The notes under the pieces were generated by a model, which was not told the DNA's origin, ran no database searches, and saw only the letters and a list, made by a program, of their open reading frames with translations. Position numbers and translations under genes: made by a program. Positions 51,509-61,771 of a stretch of 64,000 bases of DNA are shown piece by piece. Numbering within the stretch: position 1 is the first letter of the stretch; every line of letters starts with the position of its first letter. This DNA comes from Felis catus (taxonomy: Eukaryota). The stretch is from assembly GCF_018350175.1 (NCBI RefSeq), contig NC_058368.1:212104001-212168000 (forward strand), read 5' to 3'.

Positions 51509-51712
51509 GGGGCGCCTGGGTGGCTCAGTGGGTTAAATGTCCAACTTTGGCTCAGGTCATGATCTCATGGCTTGTGAGTCTGAGCCCCGTGTCGGGCTCT
51601 GTGCTGACAGCTCAGAGCCTGGAGCCTGTTTCGGATTCTGTGTCTCCCTCTTTTTCTGGCCCTCTCCCTCTCCCACTCTGCCTATCTCTCTTTAAAAAAT
51701 AAATACACATTA
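51509..51712 (+). mobile_element. Feliform SINEC (older of a tandem pair)
   Basis: Flanked by AAAAAAGGCAACCTA. Confidence 0.93.
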
Positions 51713-51727
51713 AAAAAAGGCAACCTA

Positions 51728-51944
51728 GGGGCGCCTGGGTGGCGCAGTCGGTTGAGCGTCCGACTTCAGCCGGGTCACGATCTCGCGGTCCGTGAGTTTG
51801 AGCCCCGCGTCAGGCTCTGGGCTGATGGCTCGAAGCCTGGAGCCTGTTTCCGATTCTGTGTCTCCCTCTCTCTCTGCCCCTCCCCTGTTCATGCTCTGTC
51901 TCTCTCTGTCCCCCAAAAAATAAATAAAAAAAAACGTTGAAAAA
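51728..51944 (+). mobile_element. Young felid SINE (SINEC_Fc type)
   Basis: Flanked by AAAAAAGGCAACCTA. Confidence 0.95.
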
Positions 51945-53082
51945 AAAAAAGGCAACCTACAGAATGGAAGAAAATATTTGCAAACCATACATATAATAAG
52001 GGGTTAATATCTAAAATGTGTAAGAAATTCCTACAACTCAATAGCAGAAAATCAAATACAACAATTTAAGAAATGAGTGAAGGACTGAATAGATATTTCT
52101 ACAGAGAAGATATGTAAATGGCCAACAGGTATATGAAAAGGTACTCAACATCATTAAACATCAGATAAATACAAGTCAAACCCACAATAAGATATCACCT
52201 CACACTTGTTAGGATGGCTAATATATAAAAAAAAAAAAACAAAAGATAAGCATTGATGAGGATGTGAAGAAATTGGGACCCTTGTATACTGTTGGTGGGA
52301 TTGTACAACCATGCAGCCATTACAGAAAATAGTGTAGAGGAGGTTTTCTCAAAAAATTAAAACTAGAAGTATCATATGACCCAGAAATGGGATTTCTGGG
52401 TATGTATCCAAAAGAATTGCAATCAAGATACTGAAGAAATACCTGTACTCACATGTACTCAGCATTATTTACAACAGCTAAGATATGGAAACAACCCAAA
52501 TGTCCATCAGCAGATGAGTGGACAAAGAAAATGTGGTCTATCCCATGTTGTATACATACTTTGGAACATTATTCAGCTTTCCAAAAAAAGTGAAACCTGC
52601 ACATGTGACAACATGTGCCTGGAGGACATGATGCTCAGTGAAACAAACCAGTCACAGGACAAATGCCACATGATTCCACTGTGGGAATCTAAAATAGACT
52701 CATAGAAGCTGAGAATAAAACAGGGATTGCCAAGGGCTGAGGGGAAGGAACCATGGAGAGTTGCTATTCAATGGGTACGAAGTTTCAGTTATGCAAGATG
52801 CAAAGTCCTAGACATCTGCTGTATATGTGATGCCTATGGTTGACATGCTATATTGTGCACTTAAAAATCTGTTGAGGAGATAGACCCTCTCACTGGCCAA
52901 GTTTTCTTACCACACATGCACAGAAAGAGTCATAAAGAAATTTTTGGAGAGGACGGATATGCCTGTTACCTTGATTATAGGGATAGTTTCAGCGGTGTTT
53001 GTGTAAGTCCAAACTTACCAAGTTGTTTACATTAAAGATGTGCAGTATTTTATGTATCTGCTATACCTCAATAAAGCTGTTT

Positions 53083-53303
53083 ATTTATTTAATTAATTAA
53101 TTCATTTATTTTGAGAAAGAGAGAGAGTGTGAGACAGCATGAGCAGGGGAGGGGCAGAGAGAGAGGGAGAGAGAGAATTTCGAGCAGGTTCTGCACTGTC
53201 AGCGCAGAGCCCAATGCAGGGCTCAATTCCAGGAACTGTGAGATCATGACCTGAGCCAAAATCAAGAGTCGTTCACTGAACTAATTGAGCCACCCAGGCA
53301 CCC
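53083..53303 (-). mobile_element. Carnivore SINEC
   Basis: Full body at the L1 3' end. Confidence 0.92.
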
Positions 53304-53317
53304 AGAACCTGTTTTTT

Positions 53318-53524
53318 AATTGTTTTTTAATGTTTATTTATTTTTGAGAGAGAGAGAAAGAGAGAGAGAGAGGCACAGAGAGAGAGGAAGACAGAATCTG
53401 AAGCAGGCTCCAGGCTCTGAGCTGTCCGCACAGAGCCCGACACAGGGGATGGGACCCACAAACCGTGAGATCATGACCCAAGACAAAGTTGGATGCTTAA
53501 CTAACTGAGCCACCCAAGTGCCCC
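53318..53524 (-). mobile_element. Feliform SINEC
   Basis: Full body, tandem with the previous SINE. Confidence 0.92.
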
Positions 53525-54546
53525 AAAAGCTGTTTTTTAAAGAAAGGAATTATGGGAAATCATTTTTTTTTTTTTCAAAAATGTTGCCCATTGGAGGGGC
53601 TGTCTGGCATGCTAGGAGTCACATTAGAGGAGAATCTTGCTGGAGTCATTGTCCACATTTGTTAGCAGCAGGAGAGCCACCACTGATTCTCCTGAAGACA
53701 GAAAGACAATATTGTTGTGGGCCCTTTTGCCAGAGCACATGGCATGAAAAATCACAGTGAAGTCTGTTTATTTTTCCCTGAGATCCCCTGTGTTTTATGT
53801 GGAGCAAGGAAGCCTGACTTGTGCCCTCCTAGGCTTTCTGTTACACACTTATTCAGTGTTGATTATGCTGCGTGCAGCTGATGGGCGAAGTATTTGGGGT
53901 GAAGACTCTACAAGAATGCATTGAATATTCTATGGGACATATTCTGTGAGACACTTGACTTGCTGGGTCTCCCATCTCCCACCCCCACCTCCGCTCCCAA
54001 GTATGCGGGCAAATATTGCTGGAGAGGAAAGATGGGCAAGTGTTTGTTTTTCTGGTTTTCTTTCCTTTATTCTTCACATTCTTATCTATCCCTGTTTGGC
54101 AGAGATTTAAAAAGAACACTTTAAAATTACTTTGTCTCAGAGTAAGTTTCCCTGGCTCTTCCCTAATCAGTGAAGGAATGAAAGTCTCTGGGCGTATTAT
54201 TTGTAAAAGTCAGCTTATGAGAGGACCCTCCAGCTTGATGTACCTATATCGCTTGTGAAAGGTTGACATTTTATTCATGACCACTGAGTATACATCCATA
54301 AAATTCCTTTTTTTCCCCACTCTGATTGGCATGATTAACTTTTTAAATCTCTTAGCACTTTGTTTTTTCCCAACGGGTCAGGTAGCACAGTCCTTGGACC
54401 TGAAGAGACAATTAGTTTGAGGAATGGAGTTATTTTCTGTCACTGGCCACTAATCCTCTGTTCAGCTGGTGGAGGGAGGGTTATATTTAAAAACCCAAAC
54501 TGTTCTTCCCTTCAGTCGATTTGAGATGGCTTTAAAAATGACAGGA

Positions 54547-54780
54547 GGGGCGCCTGGGTGGCGCAGTCGGTTAAGCGTCCGACTTCAGCCAGGTCGCGAT
54601 CTCGCGGTCCGTGGGTTCGGGCCCCGCGTCGGGCTCTGGGCTGATGGCTCGGAGCCTGGAGCCTGTTTCCGATTCTGTGTCTCCCTCTCTCTCTGCCCCT
54701 CCCCCGTTCATGCTCTGTCTCTCTCTGTCCCAAAAATAAATAAACATTGAAAAAAAAAAAAAAAGAAAGAAAAAAAAAAG
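54547..54780 (+). mobile_element. Young felid SINE (SINEC_Fc type), no visible TSD
   Basis: Very CpG-rich body, long A-rich tail. Confidence 0.95.
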
Positions 54781-55508
54781 AATATGGTACCATTTCCCCC
54801 CTCTCTTTTACCAGAGAGCAAACAACAAAGACCTTCAACTTAGACACTTTCTATCTAAGTGTCATGATGTTTTGGTATCTGATGATACATGATGAACACG
54901 CCTTTTCCAGCGTGGGGATTTTAGGATGGGAAAGAGTGGGCCATAATGATGGGCTGAGGAGAAGGATCCATGGAGAGGGAAAGAAAGTGACTGAGAAGGG
55001 CCGGGAGGCAGAACACTAGGAAGGGATCAGGTCCAGAGCACACGGGTAAATTCAGTCTCAGCTCACAGGAGAAAGCTCTCAATGGCTGGGATATGGCAAT
55101 GTGTAAAGTGCATTGGGGGCTGGGGTGATAGGAGGCTCAAAAGAATCTGATGATGGTCAACAGGCACGGATTTCATCCCTCGTGGGACTCAAGGAGTCTC
55201 AGCATTGAGCCAGATCGTCCTCCATGGCTGCTGGTTCACCTGCTGTGCTCAGACAGGAAGCAGAGATAACCTCAGTGAGAAATCTAAAGGGACTGAACAT
55301 TATAGGTGGAATAATTACATCATCCCTGGAAACTCTCATTAGAGAGGAAGGGGAATGAGGTTTGTACATAGGAAGGGGATTTAACTACTCCATCAACTCT
55401 GATTCCAAGACATTTTCAATGTTGAATTTTTGAAACTGTGTTCAATTCTGCCTGTGACTCAGGGGAAATTGGAGACCCACTCAGTGGGTACCTCTTTCCC
55501 CTCTAACC

Positions 55509-55691
55509 ATCCTTTACCATCTGTGGATGCTTTGGATGCTCCTCTGGCTGTCACCAGGAAAAGGAACTGTTGTTCTTGCATCTGCATGGTTCTTGCATTT
55601 GGATGGTAAAGGTATATCCTTTACCATCAGTGGATGCTTTGGATGCTCCTGTGGCGGCCACCAGGAAAAGGAACTATTGTTCTTGCATCTG
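55509..55691. repeat. 76-bp direct duplication with complex junction
   Basis: Copies at 55509-55584 and 55616-55691, 5 mismatches. Confidence 0.95.
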
Positions 55692-55803
55692 TCCCCAGCC
55701 CCGATCTCATCAAGAGCAAAGGGGGAAAGGAGAAGTCAGATGTCCAAGGCAGGTGTGACATTCCGTGTCTATGTCAGTCACCCTCAGCCTCTCTTTCCCA
55801 CAG

Positions 55804-55924
55804 ATGGTCGGCTGTGACTATGAGATCGGCTCCAATGCCACGGAGGATCGCTGCGGTGTGTGCCTTGGGGATGGCTCTGCCTGCCAGACTGTGAAGAAGA
55901 TGTTTAAACAGAAAGAAGGATCTG
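55804..55924 (+). CDS. ADAMTS12: ADAMTS12 coding exon (probably exon 14): [40 protein letters not shown]
   Basis: CCACAG acceptor, TG|GTAACA donor, 121 nt, phase 0/1; GCD...DxCGVCxGDGSxC end of Cys-rich domain leading into spacer. Confidence 0.97.
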
Positions 55925-56912
55925 GTAACAAACAAATAATTGAAGTGGCAGGGGACTGAGAATAGAGGGCAAGATTGATCACTATGTTTTAAAGCAGATT
56001 GTAGCTTTCAAAGAACTCAACATGGATATAGCCTTCACTACAAAGGGATAAGGGCTCCTTGACAGTTTTAGGAAAGGAGTTGATGGCTAGGCAATTACAG
56101 GAAACCTCTCAGCACACAGGGATCTAAAGTGACCTGGGGGCTGTCCCCAGGAACAGGAATGAGTATGATCCCTGTGACAGCATCCAGGACTGAAGGCCAA
56201 TGGCTTAGGAACAGACCTTGAACCGGGGGAGAGAGAGAGATCAGAAGGTGCTGGGAAGGGTGCAGACACAAGGCAGGCTCTAAGAGAGAGAGCAGAGAAG
56301 CCCAGCAGTGGGCTTAATGGCGGAAGTCTCGGAGTGTACCTTCAGGGCCAAAGGAGAGGCAAGGCAAAGTCACTTCAGCTTGCTCTTCTTCCCCATTTCT
56401 CCCTGGAAGGGGTTCCTACCCACTGGTGCCCTATGGCTCTCCAGGTGCTTGCTGCTACCTGATGTCCCCTCCTTACCTACACCCTGCTGTTCCTTTCCCA
56501 TGATGACCTTTCACAAGGTTTCTTCTTTGTGCAGCTCTGGGCTACTAATAATCCTTGGGAATGAAGAGCTTACCCTCACCCCAAGTCAGCTATGGGACCT
56601 GCATATTTGTTTTCAGTTAAGCTGGTCCCATGGCACCATCAGTGATTTGTATATAGCTGAAGGGGTCTTGGGAAGGTCTAAGTTAGGCCCAGAGATGATG
56701 AAGATAACTCAGAGTATCATAGCTCAGGCTCCCACAGAAATACACTAAGATAAGAATTTGATACAAACAGTTTATTTGAGGGTCGGAGGATCCTGGAAAA
56801 TGCCAGTAGGACATGCAGGAAATAGAACGGGGAAAGGAGGAGAGTCAAGAAAGGGTGTGTCAGTAAGCCAGTGACCATTACGTAGGACCCAGTATAGAAT
56901 CGTATATGAGAT

Positions 56913-57120
56913 GGGGCGCCTGGGTGGCTCAGTCAGTTGGGCGTCTGACTTCAGCTCAGGTCACGGTCTCACTGTCTCTGAGTTTGAGCCCCACTTAGGG
57001 CTCTGTGTTGACAGCTCAGAGCCTGAATCCTGCTTCAGATTCTGTGTCTCTCTCTCTCTCTCTGCCCCTCCCCTGTTCACGCTCTGTCTCTCCCTCTCCC
57101 TCAAAACTAAATAAAGATTA
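56913..57120 (+). mobile_element. Feliform SINEC (older of a tandem pair)
   Basis: Outer TSD AAT(C/T)GTATATGAGA. Confidence 0.93.
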
Positions 57121-57134
57121 AAAAAAAAATTGTA

Positions 57135-57347
57135 GGGGCGCCTGGGTGGCGCAGTCGGTTAAGCGTCCGACTTCAGCCAGGTCACGATCTTGCGGTCCGT
57201 GAGTTCGAGCCCCGCGTCAGGCTCTGGGCTGATGGCTCAGAGCCTGGAGCCTGTTTCCAATTCTGTGTCTCCCTCTCTCTCTGCCCCTCCCCCATTCATG
57301 CTCTGTCTCTCTCTGTCCCAAAAATAAATAAACGTTGAAAAGAAATT
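57135..57347 (+). mobile_element. Young felid SINE (SINEC_Fc type)
   Basis: Inner TSD AAAAAAAAATTGTA at 57121-57134 and 57348-57361. Confidence 0.95.
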
Positions 57348-58465
57348 AAAAAAAAATTGTATATGAGAGTTTTCCCACCCAAGGGGTAAGGGAGCTGAGA
57401 CAATGTATGCCAGCTCCCACTGGTCACTGCTCAAGGCTACTTTGGGGAGGGGACAGTTATGTTGTTAATTCTCTGGATTCCAAAGAAATCTGGGTGCTGG
57501 GAGTAGGGAGTCCAGTGTGCACTACCCAGGTAGGTCCTGAGAAGAGAAGGGCACCCTGGGAATGACACCCAGGGTGGGAAATGACAGGAACTCCCAGATG
57601 TAGTGGGTCACCCTTTTCCTGGGGCCCAAAAAAGCAATGCGTCCCTTTTAGACATGTTCACCACCCAGGATGAAGTAACTGAGTATGCCCTCAAGTATCA
57701 GGTGCATTGACTAAATACTTTATTGGTCCTTAGTACACATAACAGTGGATGACCCAAATGTGTTTAATTTCTACACCTATTTTTTTGATCTTTGACTATT
57801 GAATTAATAAGGTTAAATTGTAAAGTGAAATGCTTGTCTTGCCCTTTAGAATTATCATTGAAGGATTATATTTTATGTCTATTTGATGGCTTTATTATGC
57901 ATGAAATGTATCCTTTGCATTACTTATTAAGAATGTGAATAATAACCCAGTAGGTCTTAAGCTTATGATCAAGCATCCTATTTATTCAATCTTGTAAAGC
58001 TGTTACATAAGTATTTTCCAGTATTTAGATGTGACCTTATTTACTTGGATTATAAAATAATCCTTCAAATCATGTTTCAACACTTAACCTCAGTATTATT
58101 TCTTTGCCTGTAGAGGCTCGTATCTTTGGCTTCAGATATGCTGTGCTCTTAACAGTATGGTAACTCCTTTGAAAAGCAGAGCTTTCATTCTTGAATCTCT
58201 ACCACTTAACCTTTTAAGTAAGCCCTTAGGAAATCAAGCTTTAGTTCTGGGTTTTTATCATCTCTACTCTGGTTTCTTAGGAGAAAGGATCAGAAGCATC
58301 TTGAGGCTTCCTGCCACCCCCACACCTGCCTTAGAGACCTTGGCCATGTGCCTACCACTGAGCATTTGGCATCCCTTGTGACTTTGGTTTTCATTTCTCC
58401 TTCTCTCATTTGCTTCCCCGAGGACTTCTGATGGCTCTTGGCACCCAGGGAGGTGTGTCCACTTT

Positions 58466-58678
58466 GTTTTTTTTAACGTCTTATTTATTTTTGAGAGAGA
58501 GAGAGAGACAGAGTATGAGCGGGGGTAGAACAGAGAGAGGGAGACACAGAATCTGAAGCAGACTCCAGTCTCCGAGCTGTCAGCACAGAGACCGATGTGG
58601 GACTCGAACTCACGAACCGTGAGATCATGACGTGAGCCAAAGTCAGACACTTAGCCGACTGAGCCACCCAGGAGCCCC
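58466..58678 (-). mobile_element. Feliform SINEC
   Basis: TSD TGTCCACTTT at 58456-58465 and 58679-58688. Confidence 0.93.
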
Positions 58679-61521
58679 TGTCCACTTTAGATTGTACATA
58701 TCCTGACACGGCTTTCAAGCCCTCTGGCACTGCTACCCCCAGCACAGTAGGCAAATCCAGCCAGATCTCACTCTGGACTCTGTCGACACCCAGCTGGGTG
58801 GTGGTCTGTGTTCCTTATACCCACCAGGCATTCCGCAAGTCCCACCTCTGCTGTGTGCCTAATAAAGCTAGATACATCATAAAGACCCTGGCTGCCGCTA
58901 CCCCACCTTGGGAATGAAACCACAAAGTGATGCAAAACTCTGTGAAATGGAGTTAGATTGCATTGGGCAGATTGATTCATCCAAGGGCCAAAGTCAAAAG
59001 AGGGAACTTAACAACCTCTTTTTGAAGACAACCAAGGTATAGTTAGTTGTTTTCTGTGCTTACTTACATGCTGTCTTGTATTGCTGCCTTACTTCTGCTT
59101 CTGTTGTATTCTTTCTTTCTAGTGCAGTTGTAAACTGAGGGATGAATCATCTTTTAGGCTCTATCACCACCCTGCCCAACCCCACGTCAACAAACATAAT
59201 TTCTATCTATAGGAGGTATTCAGTAAACGCTTATATAAATTTGAATGAAAAATGCTTTTCTTAAGGTGGTTCCATATTCCTTTGACAATAAAGGAGACCA
59301 CATCATTAACAGTTATGCTGATGGAATATCTGAATCAGATATTTTCCCTCCATGATACCCTGCCTATGGGCCTTTTTGGTTTAGCTGTAGCTCTTTTTTT
59401 TTTTTTTTTATGTGACTTGGTACAATATTGCATTCGTAATATTGTAAACCACTATTGTAATATTGGGTTTTTGTCACTTTCTGATTCTGGCCCACAGACA
59501 TAAATCTCGGAATCCTTCCCTTCTCATGAATATCCTGAAGTATTCTTTTCTCCTTGTCTCTCCACCCAGAACTGTGGAGAACTTTGGTGGCTGGCAGTGA
59601 TTGGCTTGGGGCATTCCCATTGTAACTTCATCTCTCTGGTCAGGAAGGCATCCCATTTGCCTTCAAGAATTTGTGACACGTGGTGAGCCCTTATGGAGGA
59701 TTATTCCCAGAGCAAGTATATATCTGCAGTCAGTTACATGGGAGCTGTGGTTGGAAATGGCTTTACACTTAGGCATCAAATCTCCAGAGCCTTGTTACAG
59801 GCTCTTGTCACAACCATGATCTTGAGAGAAAGCCCAGCGTCTCCTTTCTGAGAGAAGTAAGCAACTATCAGACAACACTAGAAAAACGATGAACTCGGGC
59901 AACAGGTACAACTAGCACTTGAGGCAAGATCATCTCTGTGACTAAAAAGTGATGCGAATATGTAGTCAGTCACCTAGAAGAATTCAGAAATCTTTCAAAC
60001 TTTGCATGGCCTAACTGACCCGTGTGTCTGTCTGTGTTCTCCTCCCTTTTTGCTTTACTTTGGCTCATTGATTTCTTTTAACAGAGTAGGTTTAAAACGA
60101 AGTGGAGAAGGTCTGCATTAGAGATGCTCATCATGAACGGACCCATCTTCTCCTCCTCTCTGGCTGCTGCTGCCTTTGACTATGGAGATATGAAATATTA
60201 GCTCTGTCCTTTTTTATGAAGGAAAGAAAGACGATGATGGATGATGTGGAATTGAAATAGGCTGAGAGGCAAGAGACCAGGTGCTGATCCAGATTACCAT
60301 TGACCATGGGGAAGTCACCCCTTTGGGCCTCCATTTCTGAGGCCCTTCTCAACCCTGTCTGGTATTTTTTGTCTTCCCCCTGCTCTTAGCCCTAAGGCTA
60401 ATCCTATGTTTACTGAAATCTAAGTGTTGAAGCTGGGCAGAGTCTCCAAGAAAAGATGTCTTTATTCATGGCTTTCTTGGGCTATCCCAAAAGCTAAGTC
60501 CTTGTCTCTCTTTGTGGAGAGGACCTCATTTAGTAGATTTGATGCTGTGTGCCAGATGGCAGCATCATGTCATGCCTTTTAATTAGTGTCACACTTGAGG
60601 AACATTAGGCCCACTTTCTTGTAGACCCTCCATAATAGCTTCCATTTCCTCTCTTGGAGAAAGAAAAAAGAATTGGCACGTTGCTATAGTGCCATGGTTA
60701 CTATGAGTAGACGTGTCTGAAATTAAAGAACTTAGGTCCAGAATACAGTGAGCTATGTACAGATATCATCCGCTCGTTCATTTATTCATTCACTCTATGA
60801 CTTGAGAAACATTAATCAAGTAACTGTTGTGTACTTGGCATGGGGTAGGTAGAAGAAAGAAAAAGACAATGACTCTCTTCCTGTCAGCTTCTCTCCCTTA
60901 CCCTAATGGGTAACAGGCCTGGGCCCCACTCTGCCACTTGGCCCTTAGGCACAACTTAAATGAGGAGCCTGGTTTGAAAGGAAGCTGATAGAACTTTAAG
61001 CTCTGTTCTTCTAAGGGCACCCTGGGCTTGTTACCCAGAGCCCTGACTTCCATCCCAAACTCTCATAGCCCAATTTCTTTGGCCTCGAACCCTGACCTTT
61101 TGTCATCTAGTTCCTCAGCTTCGGGGTGTTTTTTTTTTCCCCCACTGCTGCCTAATTTCCTTGATTCTGTATTACTCACCTACCTTGGTCTTAAATGTTA
61201 AAACCTGACAGTTTTAACCTCTTGGACTAATTCATTAACTTCCTAAAACCACCACTCTGGATTCCTCTGGCCTTGCTTGGCTTCTCTAGAGTTGACCATT
61301 GCCAGACCCAGTGACCACTAAACCAGCTCCTGGTCTTGCTCACACTGGCTGCTTTCATCTATTGCTGGGAACAAGAGACCGCATTCTCTGAGTGCCCTGG
61401 AACTCTCATACAGGAAATTGTGTCATTTAACTCAGTGCCCAAAGCACCAGCCTTGATTCCTACTCCCCTTATTTAATCACAACCAGAATGTTTTCAGACT
61501 TCAATTTTAAGATATTTTTAT

Positions 61522-61702
61522 GGGGCACTTGGGTGGCTCCGTTGGTTAAGCACCTGACTCTTGATTTCAGCTCAGGTCATGATCTCACGGTCATGATATC
61601 AAGCCCAGCATTGGGCTCTGTGCTCAGTGTGGAGCCTGATTAAGATTCTCTCTCCCTCTCTCTCTGTTCCTCCCCAGCACGCATGCACACTTGTTCACTC
61701 TT

Positions 61703-61733
<31 letters not shown>

Positions 61734-61771
61734 AAAACAAACAAAGCAAACCCCTGTAAATTAAAAAAAAA
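61522..61771 (+). mobile_element. Carnivore SINEC
   Basis: Head, (CT)n, A-rich tail. Confidence 0.9.

Larger units (their letters stand above)
51450..53082 (+). mobile_element. L1 (L1MA9/L1MB-like) ORF2 end and 3'UTR
   Basis: AGGCAACCTACAGAATGG...ATATTTGCAAACC; ends TACCTCAATAAAGCTG. Confidence 0.85.
56715..57530 (-). mobile_element. ERVL LTR33-like solo LTR interrupted by two SINEs
   Basis: CAGTTTATTTGAGGG...GATCCTGGAAAATGCCAGTAGG...GGGTGTGTCAGTAAGC resembles recalled LTR33. Confidence 0.65.

Noticed and set aside
51492..51959. Repeat-spacer-repeat pattern resembling a CRISPR array
   Set aside because: Mammalian DNA; the spacers are SINEs and the repeats are target-site duplications.
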